In this document: positions 1 to 8,082 of the stretch, in pieces
Layout of the letters: each line of letters begins with the position of its first letter
Position numbering within the stretch: the stretch's first letter is position 1
Source: Chlamydiia bacterium
Lineage (GTDB): Bacteria > Chlamydiota > Chlamydiia > Chlamydiales > JBMOFD01
Assembly (NCBI GenBank): GCA_049314435.1
Contig: JBMOFD010000030.1
Coordinates: 1 to 21,311 of the forward strand
Direction of reading: 5' to 3'
DNA length: 21,311 bases
Translations under genes and position numbers: made by a program
The notes under the pieces: generated by a model
The model's input: only the letters and a program-made list of their open reading frames with translations
Told to the model about the DNA's origin: nothing
The model's database searches: none

Positions 1-2
1 TC

Positions 3-908
3 CTCCGTGCGATCATTGCCCAGGCCTTTCCTCAGGACGAGCTGCAGTCTCTTAAGATAGTCTCTGGTGGCTGTGCTAACCTCAATGTTCGAGTCGATCT
101 ATCGGAGCACAAGGAGCCGCTCCTGCTGCGCCTCTATGTTCGAGATGCAGACGCTGTTCATCGAGAGCGTCGGATCGCAGAGCTCATTGGCTCTAGGGTG
201 CCTGTTCCGCGCGTCTACAGTGTGGGTGAGTATGGGTCCTACCGCTATGCCATCGTAGAATTTGTTCAGGGCAGGTCTCTGCGAGATCTCATCTTGAGGC
301 ACGCTGGCTTCCCGATGGAAGAGGTTCTAGCGGAATGCGGCCGTCTACTCGCGCGACTGCAGGAATTCTCGTTTCCCCACTCAGGCTTCTTTGACGGGGA
401 ACTCAATGTTCTGGAGCCACTCTCAAGAGAAGGCTTTCTAGCGTTGGTGGAAGAATGTCTGCGAAATGATGACGTGCGTCGCACTCTCGGACTCGAGGTG
501 ACACAGGAAATCAGCAATGCCGTCCACAGGCACAAAGACCTGATCCCCGATCCCATGCAGCACACACTTGTTCATGGTGACTTTGATCCGGCTAATATCT
601 TGGTGCAACAGGTTGGGTCGGTCTGGCAGGTCTCGGCGATCCTAGACTGGGAATTTGCCTTTTCAGGACCATGGCTGTGCGATGTAGCGAATATGCTTCG
701 ATACGCTCATCGGGTGCCGCCTGTTTTTGAAAAGGCGTTCTTGAGCGGTCTGCAGGAAGCAGGGGTTCCTCTTCCTGATGGTTGGAGGATTACCACGGAT
801 TTGTCGAATCTGTTCTCTCTCTTGGATTGCCTAGCCCGAGGTGCGCAGCCTCGGCAGGCTCACGATATTGTGGGCCTGATCCGTGAGCTGGTAGCTCGAC
901 TGCGATAG
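3..908 (+). CDS. Aminoglycoside/choline kinase-like phosphotransferase (APH family), 5'-truncated by the window edge
   Basis: The frame of ORF 198..908 stays open back to position 3 (LRAIIAQAFPQDELQSLKIVSGGCANLNVRV...LLRLY). It has a Gly-rich loop GGCANLN, a Brenner-type catalytic motif HGDFDPANILV and a Mg-binding LDWE motif. The substrate cannot be assigned from sequence. Confidence 0.88.
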   Translation, partial: LRAIIAQAFPQDELQSLKIVSGGCANLNVRVDLSEHKEPLLLRLYVRDADAVHRERRIAELIGSRVPVPRVYSVGEYGSYRYAIVEFVQGRSLRDLILRHAGFPMEEVLAECGRLLARLQEFSFPHSGFFDGELNVLEPLSREGFLALVEECLRNDDVRRTLGLEVTQEISNAVHRHKDLIPDPMQHTLVHGDFDPANILVQQVGSVWQVSAILDWEFAFSGPWLCDVANMLRYAHRVPPVFEKAFLSGLQEAGVPLPDGWRITTDLSNLFSLLDCLARGAQPRQAHDIVGLIRELVARLR

Positions 909-942
909 ACGGGTGCCACGATGCGCAGTTCGAGTTCAAGGT

Positions 943-2289
943 CTAGCTTGCAGGGCCTCTTGACCGGTACATAGTGGCGCGTCCCAGTCCTTCCCGGACC
1001 ACACGTCCCTCGTTGACCAGGGGGAGGATCCTTCTGCGTACAGTTGAGGTAGAGAGCGCAAGGCGTTGACTCAGTTCTTCAATCGAGACTTTGCCAAGAG
1101 ATTCGATGACCCGAAGAAGCTCTTCGCTAGCGCCTGGCGAGCCATCCTTTGCCGCATGACGGGACAAGATCACCTTGACATAGTTGGGTCCCTCGAGGAT
1201 CTGTGGAGGTTCAAGGCCGGCAGCTTGATAGGTGTCCAGGATCGTAGAGAGTCCCGAGCCCAATCGTTCAGCTAGCCGTAGATCACGAAATACACGGGCA
1301 ATGAGAGGATTCCGTGCATGGGTGATGCCAGAACGGAATTGAGAAGGAGTCAATGGAGCTGCAAAGCCTCCAGGACTCCAGACCTCGACGGAGTCTCGGT
1401 CGATGAGGATTTTGATGGGACTGGAGAGTCCGTAGTTTCGATGTAGAATCGCGTTCGTAATCGCTTCGCGAACAGCCTTCTCGGGGATCTCCAGAGATTC
1501 CTCTCGCTTTGTCCCTCGAATCACATACTGCCAATTGAGCCTGGAGAGGATGAACTCTATGGCATCAGCTAGCTGCTGAGTCAGTGGCCCCCGACAGTCA
1601 CGTGTCGCCAGTACTTCTTGATCTCCACGATGTTTGAAATGGGTGCAAATGATGAAGGAGTCTGCAATGAACCGTTGAGGATCTTCGGCAAAGAGAAGTA
1701 GGCCGCCACATGTGGGGAGGAGCTGATTCTGTTCTCGCACCATAATTTGATAGTGCTCGAGTAGCGACTCCGTCATCTCACTGGGGATCCGCTTGTTACG
1801 AGAAAAGCGATCGAGCAACGTCTCAGACAGGTCCGCTGGTGTGGCATGGAAGAAGGGAATCGTGTCCCAGCTCCGTCCGCGGGATTGCCATCGCAGCTCC
1901 TCTAAAAGTTCTGGTGTTGCCCGGTAGGTGGAGGGGCCCAGCCGGATATAGACACCCTCAACAGGACCCTCGCTCTTTACGTAGTAGGGCTTCTGAGACC
2001 CGGGAGCCACCTGAATCACAATCACCAGCTTCGATTCGAAGCGCTGAGCGGACACCTGAGGGATGAGAGGAGGATAGATCCCCTGAACGATGTGCTGGTC
2101 CATGAACTGTTGCAGATGGAGCGCTTCTTCCTCGGCAATCCCAAGAATTTCGCCGTTGTCGGCTACGCCTAGGATCAGCTGACCCCCAAACTGATTGGCA
2201 AATCCACAGACTGTCTTCAGGATCTGGTCCTTACGAGGCATGGCGGCCTTGAATTCCAGACGGTTGGATTCCTTCTCAGGATGGAACAT
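943..2289 (-). CDS. Schlafen/AlbA_2 domain + HATPase_c_4 ('RecG C-terminal-like') + C-terminal winged-HTH protein
   Basis: N-terminal ESNRLEFK (ExxxxExK) and TVCGFAN..GGQLILGVAD match AlbA_2. REAITNAILHRNY, VEVWSPGG, RNPLIA and ERLGSG match HATPase_c_4. C-terminal SIEELSQRLALSTSTVRRRI..LV..G.V.REG.GR is wHTH-like. Start moved from 2379 to ATG 2289 because the domain begins there and a promoter lies at 2316-2345. Confidence 0.87.
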   Translation of the reverse strand: MFHPEKESNRLEFKAAMPRKDQILKTVCGFANQFGGQLILGVADNGEILGIAEEEALHLQQFMDQHIVQGIYPPLIPQVSAQRFESKLVIVIQVAPGSQKPYYVKSEGPVEGVYIRLGPSTYRATPELLEELRWQSRGRSWDTIPFFHATPADLSETLLDRFSRNKRIPSEMTESLLEHYQIMVREQNQLLPTCGGLLLFAEDPQRFIADSFIICTHFKHRGDQEVLATRDCRGPLTQQLADAIEFILSRLNWQYVIRGTKREESLEIPEKAVREAITNAILHRNYGLSSPIKILIDRDSVEVWSPGGFAAPLTPSQFRSGITHARNPLIARVFRDLRLAERLGSGLSTILDTYQAAGLEPPQILEGPNYVKVILSRHAAKDGSPGASEELLRVIESLGKVSIEELSQRLALSTSTVRRRILPLVNEGRVVREGLGRATMYRSRGPAS

Positions 2290-2315
2290 ATATACCGATT
2301 GCTTCGATAGACTGG

Positions 2316-2345
2316 ATTGTAGAGAAATCGAGGCAATCGAGTCAA
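2316..2345 (-). promoter_or_regulatory. Putative sigma70/sigma66-type promoter of the AlbA_2 gene
   Basis: Minus strand TTGACT (2345-2340), 18-nt spacer, TACAAT (2321-2316). It lies downstream of the typA terminator and 26 nt before ATG 2289. Confidence 0.6.
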
Positions 2346-2349
2346 TCGA
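2326..2349. repeat. Three AATCGA direct repeats at 9-bp period (possible operator)
   Basis: AATCGA at 2326-2331, 2335-2340 and 2344-2349, overlapping the -35 box and spacer. Confidence 0.6.
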
Positions 2350-2395
2350 TCGCAGAGCATGGCGCGATTCGACGGGCATGACTGGATTGGATAGG

Positions 2396-2436
2396 AAAAT
2401 AGAAAAGGCGCTGGAGGATAGGAATCCTTCAGCGCC
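2396..2436 (-). terminator. Intrinsic terminator of typA
   Basis: Minus strand GGCGCTGAAGGAT-TCCT-ATCCTCCAGCGCC (13-bp stem, one mismatch) followed by TTTTCTATTTT, 27 nt after the typA stop. Confidence 0.8.
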
Positions 2437-2463
2437 CTTGCTGGAACGGACGGTCAGAAGAGC

Positions 2464-4278
2464 TTAGCGCCCGGCTTGCTTGCGCTCTGCTTCGGTTAGG
2501 TAACGCTTACGTAGTCGAATTGACTTAGGCGTGACCTCAACCAGTTCATCATCTTCAATGAAGTCGATCGCTCGCTCCAGCGTGAAGGTGCGGGGAGGGA
2601 CGAGGAGGATGTTCTCGTCCTTGCCAGCAGCGCGGATGTTGGTCAGGTGCTTCTCACGGCAGACGTTCACGATGATGTCATTATCGCGGCAGTGCTGCCC
2701 AACGATCATGCCCTCATAGATAGCATCACCAGCGGACACAAAGAGAGTGCCGCGATCTTGCAATCCCCACATCGCATAAGGTGTCGCTGGTCCTGTAGCA
2801 TTGGAGACCATGACGCCCAGGAGGCGGCTCGGCAGTTCGCCCTTCCACTCGGCGAAGTGGTCAAAGACCGACGTGAGGATCCCCAGACCACGCGTGATGC
2901 TGAAGAAGTCATTTCGGTAGCCCATCAACCCGCGAGTCGGAATGAGGAACTCCATGATGGTGATGCGATGCTCGTTAGTCGCCAACGCCTGCATCTCGCC
3001 TTTGCGTTTGGAGAGCTCTTCAATGACCGCTCCTGAGTACACCTCAGGCACTTCAACGTAGATGCGCTCGATCGGCTCATGGAGGGCGCCATTAACCGTC
3101 TTCGTCACCACCTGAGGTTTCGAAATGGTCAGCTCGAAATCTTCCCGTCGCATCGATTCGATGAGCACCGCGAGGTGCAACTCGCCACGTCCTGAAATCG
3201 TCACCGCCTCATCGCGGACTTTCGAGTCCTCAATGCGCAGTGAGATGTTCGCTTGCTTCTCATGCTCCAGGCGCGCCCGGATCTTGTTCATCGTGACATG
3301 TTTGCCCTCCTTCCCTACGAAGGGGGACGTGTTGACCATCATGTCGATGCTCACGGTGGGCTCATCCATCGCAATAGGAGGGAGGCGGATAGGATGCTGA
3401 GGATCGCAGAGAGTATCGCCAATCAGGATCTCGGGGCAGCCCGCCAGAAGGATGATCTCGCCTACTCCTGCTTCTTCTATTTCCACGCGCTCTAGGCCTA
3501 TCGGTACTTGAATACGGGAGACTTTGAAGAGGGAACGTTCATCTTCTCCATGGATCCAGAGAACGGTGTCGCCCTTACGTACAACCCCGTTCAGAATACG
3601 GCCAGTAGCTTGACGCCCCATAAAAGCATCATAGCTTACGCTGGCACACTGCATGGCAAAAGGAGCTTCGAGAGTCCCTCCAGGTGCAGCCACTCCGGAC
3701 ACAATGAGCTCAAACAGCGGACGCATGTCTACGCGAGGATCATCGATCTTCTGGCACGCAAATCCACTCAGACCGCTTGCAAAGCAGTAGCGGAAGTCTA
3801 GCTGGGCGTCGGTCGCTCCCAACTCCACGAACAGGTCGAAGGTCAGGTTCAAGGCGCGATCGGGGTCCGCATGAGGACGGTCGATCTTGTTGACGACGAC
3901 GATCGGGTTCAAGCCCATCTTGAGGGCTTTGGAGAGAACAAAGCGGGTCTGGGGCATGGGACCCTCTTGTGCATCCACAAGGAGAAGCACAGAGTTCACC
4001 ATACCAAGGACGCGCTCCACTTCCCCTGAGAAGTCAGCGTGTCCCGGAGTGTCGATGATGTTAATGCGCATGTCTTCGAAGAAGACAGCCGTATGCTTTG
4101 CAAAAATGGTGATGCCGCGCTCACGCTCCTGGTCATTCGAGTCCATGACTCGCTCAACCATTTTTTCATGAGAACGGAAGACGTTCGACTGCCGCAGAAG
4201 GGCGTCTAAGAGCGTGGTTTTGCCATGGTCAATGTGAGCAATAATGGCAATATTACGGATTTGATTAGGTTGGCGCAT
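2464..4278 (-). CDS. typA: Translational GTPase TypA/BipA
   Basis: [50 protein letters not shown], and the BipA-specific C-terminus ([32 protein letters not shown]); 604 aa. Confidence 0.98.
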   Translation of the reverse strand: MRQPNQIRNIAIIAHIDHGKTTLLDALLRQSNVFRSHEKMVERVMDSNDQERERGITIFAKHTAVFFEDMRINIIDTPGHADFSGEVERVLGMVNSVLLLVDAQEGPMPQTRFVLSKALKMGLNPIVVVNKIDRPHADPDRALNLTFDLFVELGATDAQLDFRYCFASGLSGFACQKIDDPRVDMRPLFELIVSGVAAPGGTLEAPFAMQCASVSYDAFMGRQATGRILNGVVRKGDTVLWIHGEDERSLFKVSRIQVPIGLERVEIEEAGVGEIILLAGCPEILIGDTLCDPQHPIRLPPIAMDEPTVSIDMMVNTSPFVGKEGKHVTMNKIRARLEHEKQANISLRIEDSKVRDEAVTISGRGELHLAVLIESMRREDFELTISKPQVVTKTVNGALHEPIERIYVEVPEVYSGAVIEELSKRKGEMQALATNEHRITIMEFLIPTRGLMGYRNDFFSITRGLGILTSVFDHFAEWKGELPSRLLGVMVSNATGPATPYAMWGLQDRGTLFVSAGDAIYEGMIVGQHCRDNDIIVNVCREKHLTNIRAAGKDENILLVPPRTFTLERAIDFIEDDELVEVTPKSIRLRKRYLTEAERKQAGR

Positions 4279-4386
4279 ACATAATAGAATAGGGTGATTG
4301 TCGATCGATTCTACTCAGAAAGAGTGATTCAGGGCCACTCAAGAATGGGGTTGTCGAGAGGGTCCTGCCGCTTCCTGGCTGAAAAA

Positions 4387-5865
4387 CTAGAGCAGCCAGA
4401 CGCCCACGACCGCGGCGATGACGAAGTAAATGACCATCGACAGCGTGTCATTGAACGCCGTGACAAGGGGGCCGGCTGCCAGAGCAGGGTCGACTCCAAG
4501 CCTATGGAAGAAGAGGGGGAAGCAGATCCCCATCATCGAGCCTGTTAGACAGGCTCCCATGAGCCCCGCGCCTACGATGATCCCGACCTTTAGAGCGCCT
4601 GCTATAGCCAATTCAGGGATCCAGGGGCCCAAACAGGCGACGATCAAGGCTGTTCCGCAGCCGAATACAAAGCCGATCATGCTTCCGACTACGAATTCTC
4701 TGAGGATGGCGCCCCGGCTTAATCGGCCTCCATGAAGGAGTCCCAACGCCATGCTGCGCACGAGGACCGTACTGGACTGGATGCCTACGTTCCCGGACAT
4801 GCCCGTGATCAGGGGAACAAAGAAGAGGATGAAGGCCAACCAGGAGCCCTGACCGCGGGTGTAGCCAGAGATCAACGTCATGTTCACGAGACCAGCCAGT
4901 AGCGTGATCATCAACCAGGGAGCGCGGGCGGCAAAGCGGTGGATCAGAGACTCATGGCCTCCGAGTCTTTCCACAGTACCCGCCATGCGGCCAAGGCGCT
5001 CGTCGGTGATGTCTTGGAGGGCTTCAACCACATCGTCATACGTGATCACGCCCACTAAGTAGTCATCCACATCGACAACGGGCAGGGCGCTAATCTTATA
5101 GCGCTCCACCAGGTCCACTACATCATCACGGCTCGTGTCAGGCTTGACCTTGTGCAAGACAGGACGCATGACTTGACGGAGGGGAGTCCCGGCTGGATTG
5201 ACAATCAAGTTGCGGCTGGGGACATAGCCTTGCAGCTCGCCAGCATGGTTGAGGACGAAGATATTCTTGGTGAAATCGATGCCTGGATTGTCACGGATCG
5301 TGGCGGCCGCTTCCCCGATGGTTATATCCATGGTGAAGGCAAAGAACTCATTGGTCATGAGTCGGCCGGCGCTATGCGCCGCGTGTTGACGCAGGGCACG
5401 AATCCGTTGAGACTTCTTGCTATCAACTAGATCAAGAATCCGTCGGTAGCGGCGATCAGCGACATCTTCCAGAACCCAAACGGCTTCGTCCGCTGGCATC
5501 CGGTCGATGAGCTGCTTGATCTCGACGTCGGTTAGAGAGCGGAGGACGGCACTGCGTGTATTACTGTCAGTCTCTGTAATGAACTCGATCCGAGCATCAA
5601 GGTCGGGCAGATTTTGATAGATGACGACCCGGGCCGACTGGGGAAGTCGACAGGCTGCGTAGGCCAAGTCGACGGCTACATGCTCGCTGGCAATCTTAGC
5701 GATGTCGTGAAGCCGGACCTTGCTGGTCGGCTTGTGGAAAGCTTGCTCCAACTTGGCGATCAGGAGCTCGTCCACGTGGGTGGACGAGTTCTCTGTTTCC
5801 GGGGTATGAGCGGTATCGAGCTCTAGCAGAGCTGCTTGAGACTCGTGCGTGACCTGCTCGTCCAT
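4387..5865 (-). CDS. mgtE: Magnesium transporter MgtE
   Basis: N-domain, tandem CBS domains (AGRLMT; ALPVVD...LVGVITYDD) and a five-TM membrane domain with R.PWL, GMSGNVG.Q and DPALAAGPLVTAFND (Mg-site Asp). Start is ATG 5865 (GGGGG 5 nt upstream) or GTG 5871. Confidence 0.96.
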   Translation of the reverse strand: MDEQVTHESQAALLELDTAHTPETENSSTHVDELLIAKLEQAFHKPTSKVRLHDIAKIASEHVAVDLAYAACRLPQSARVVIYQNLPDLDARIEFITETDSNTRSAVLRSLTDVEIKQLIDRMPADEAVWVLEDVADRRYRRILDLVDSKKSQRIRALRQHAAHSAGRLMTNEFFAFTMDITIGEAAATIRDNPGIDFTKNIFVLNHAGELQGYVPSRNLIVNPAGTPLRQVMRPVLHKVKPDTSRDDVVDLVERYKISALPVVDVDDYLVGVITYDDVVEALQDITDERLGRMAGTVERLGGHESLIHRFAARAPWLMITLLAGLVNMTLISGYTRGQGSWLAFILFFVPLITGMSGNVGIQSSTVLVRSMALGLLHGGRLSRGAILREFVVGSMIGFVFGCGTALIVACLGPWIPELAIAGALKVGIIVGAGLMGACLTGSMMGICFPLFFHRLGVDPALAAGPLVTAFNDTLSMVIYFVIAAVVGVWLL

Positions 5866-5899
5866 CGACACCCCCGGTTTCGCCTACATGGGCGCATCT

Positions 5900-5928
5900 A
5901 GTATACCTGCTAGCGGAGCATATTTCAA
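5900..5928 (-). promoter_or_regulatory. Putative sigma70/sigma66-type promoter of mgtE
   Basis: Minus strand TTGAAA (5928-5923), 17-nt spacer, TATACT (5905-5900), with an AT-rich stretch upstream. Confidence 0.7.
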
Positions 5929-6030
5929 GGTAGTAAAGTATTAACTATTCGTTGCGGCCACTCGTTTAGTCGTCGGTCGCGGCTTGAGGGAATGGCCTTG
6001 GGCCCAGACAGATCCCCGAGTCCATAGACT

Positions 6031-7773
6031 CTAGCTGGACTGGAGGTTCCTTGTTTTACGCTTCTTGGCAATCGCAACCGCAGTGCTCCAGAAGAGATCC
6101 TTCTCCAGGGGCTCAGCCCTATTGAGAGCCACAGGCGCGTAGCTGTTGAGCCCAAGATATTTTAGCAACGCCTGTTGCATGTCAAAATCCTTGAGGTCCC
6201 TTCTTACAATCCGACCTTTTTCCTTCTGGTAGAGCAAATCTGCAATAGGGCCTTTCTCGCAGAGACGAGGGTCTACTAATTGAGCGTCAAGGCTATCTGA
6301 GGACGTGAGATGCGTTTGAATACACATGAGGTCGGCCTTTAGCGGATGAGCTAGATAGGTGCGCAAAAAGTCACGCGGAATGGTGCCGTTTGGAGTTGAA
6401 TGCAGTCCTAGCCGGAAAAGGTTATGCACCGAGGTGCTCAGAAGTTGGACAAAGTTGCTGCGATCGGTATCTCTGTCAAACGCTAATCTATGGTTCGCCA
6501 AAATTTGTCGCTGAACGAATTGATCATATAATTTCGAAATCTCGCCAATCTCCACCGGAGATGGATCGTGAGGCAGTTGCGTGTCGATGGTGGTGACGCG
6601 CCCAACCTGACCTTGACCTACCTTCATCTTGGTGACTTGAAGCCATGGGGCGCCCGCAGCACGTGCAGGAGTGGCAGAGGGATCCAACAGCAGAGTGAGA
6701 GTGAACACCATGGCCATGCGATAGTCGCGATCAGATCTTTCCGCTGGTGAGTCTTCTCGAACAAAACTCATTTTTGACGACTTCTTTTTGCCTGGTGTGC
6801 GGTGCTGAATGATCGCATAGATGAGCTTGACTATCCGGTCCTCTTTAGGAACGAGCTTAAATGCATCCTCAATGACCTGAGTGCAGGGCGCATCCCAAGC
6901 TTGAAGGTCTTCATAAAACTTGTATTTTCCTTTGCGAACGCGGAAATCCGCGAGGTCTGGAATATTCAGTTTTTCTGCGATGAGGGCCGTAGGGTTAAGG
7001 TCGAGATCCTTGAACTCAGTGGTTGCGGGAGCGGGAACAACTAAGCTCTCGCATAGAGAATAGAGGTCTTTAAGGGTCCCTACGACTGCCTTCTTTTGGC
7101 GGTCGCACTTCTTCATATCTCCCTCATCACGCTGCTCCTGATAGCACCGCGCATAAGCTTCTTCAAGCCTTTGGAACCGTTCTACCCACCGTGCTGCCCA
7201 AGGGTCATCAGTTAGCGATTGCGATGAGGAAGAACCTTCTCCTATGGCCAAGGCCAACGCTCTCAGCAACAGGCTGGGAGCTTGGCCCTCGTCGTCCATG
7301 ATGGCGCTTTGCAGCTTGGCTTGCGCGTCCTCTAGGAGCTCATCATAAGACTTAAGGAGCCCTTCCATGACAGCGCGTTCATCAACTGGCGGCTGCGATG
7401 GCTGAGCTTTTTCCGGCTGAGGCTGAAGAAAGAGAGGAGCCCTAATGCCAAGGGGGGGGAGGGGTCTTTGGCCAGGAGCGCTCGAGGCACGGCAAGATGT
7501 CGAAGGCTGTTGAGTCGTGGTTTGACTAGATGTCGTGGGCTGACCCATGGCACATATTCTGCGCTGACTCAGCAGGCCGCGGATGCGTAACGCGGTGGTC
7601 GCCGGGGTGAACTGGCTACTATCGGCGAGCATAGCAAGAGGCGTCCGGCCATTCAGCATCAAATCCGATCGGGGAGCATCCAAGCGTCCAGGAGATAGGC
7701 TCACCGTCCGCTGACACTGCAAGGTGTCAGGCGTCAGAGTAGACATCGCTGTTGCTGTTGCCGCATTGACCAT
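6031..7773 (-). CDS. Hypothetical protein, 580 aa; S/T/Q/P-rich N-terminal region, C-terminal KKRK
   Basis: Long ORF with ATG, AGGGG RBS-like site (7787-7783) and its own promoter. No family recognised. Confidence 0.82.
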   Translation of the reverse strand: MVNAATATAMSTLTPDTLQCQRTVSLSPGRLDAPRSDLMLNGRTPLAMLADSSQFTPATTALRIRGLLSQRRICAMGQPTTSSQTTTQQPSTSCRASSAPGQRPLPPLGIRAPLFLQPQPEKAQPSQPPVDERAVMEGLLKSYDELLEDAQAKLQSAIMDDEGQAPSLLLRALALAIGEGSSSSQSLTDDPWAARWVERFQRLEEAYARCYQEQRDEGDMKKCDRQKKAVVGTLKDLYSLCESLVVPAPATTEFKDLDLNPTALIAEKLNIPDLADFRVRKGKYKFYEDLQAWDAPCTQVIEDAFKLVPKEDRIVKLIYAIIQHRTPGKKKSSKMSFVREDSPAERSDRDYRMAMVFTLTLLLDPSATPARAAGAPWLQVTKMKVGQGQVGRVTTIDTQLPHDPSPVEIGEISKLYDQFVQRQILANHRLAFDRDTDRSNFVQLLSTSVHNLFRLGLHSTPNGTIPRDFLRTYLAHPLKADLMCIQTHLTSSDSLDAQLVDPRLCEKGPIADLLYQKEKGRIVRRDLKDFDMQQALLKYLGLNSYAPVALNRAEPLEKDLFWSTAVAIAKKRKTRNLQSS

Positions 7774-7805
7774 GAATCGCTGCCCCTAAGAGATTATATG
7801 AAGAT

Positions 7806-7834
7806 ATTGTAGCGCATTATTGTTTGTGCTGCAA
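7806..7834 (-). promoter_or_regulatory. Putative promoter of the 580-aa gene
   Basis: Minus strand TTGCAG (7834-7829), 17-nt spacer, TACAAT (7811-7806). Confidence 0.6.
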
Positions 7835-8026
7835 AGATAAGTATGCACACATCTTTTCTTGTCTTTGCTGATTCCTAACAATCAGACGGCCCGTCTATAT
7901 CGTGACCCGTGAGGTGATTGCCTCAGCTGCATGGAAAACAGGGATGATGATAGAAAAGGCCAGTCCTGTCCTGACGGCCGGCGGTCAAAGTATATTTTGT
8001 ATGTGCTGGATTTTTTAAATTAATGC

Positions 8027-8056
8027 TTGCTAACCAAGCCTTTTTGAGGTTATAAT
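8027..8056 (+). promoter_or_regulatory. Putative promoter of the 806-aa gene
   Basis: TTGCTA (8027-8032), 18-nt spacer, TATAAT (8051-8056). An AT-rich UP-like tract lies at 8010-8024 and an AGAGG RBS at 8072-8076. Confidence 0.62.
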
Positions 8057-8082
8057 ATTAAGAGGTTTCAAAGAGGCTGGGT

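Noticed and set aside
943..2289. Calling this gene recG
   Set aside because: No SF2 helicase motifs (Walker A, DExH); only the HATPase_c_4 domain that carries that misleading label.
2290..2379. 30-aa N-terminal extension of the AlbA_2 ORF
   Set aside because: It overlaps the predicted promoter and repeats; the domain starts at ATG 2289.
4318..4345. GAGTG/CACTC hairpin between mgtE and typA as a terminator
   Set aside because: Stem is only 5-6 bp with a long loop and a weak U tract; not supportable.
5866..6030. Mg-sensing (M-box) riboswitch upstream of mgtE
   Set aside because: A good promoter sits ~35 nt from the start codon, leaving only a short leader with a 4-bp hairpin; there is no room for the aptamer.
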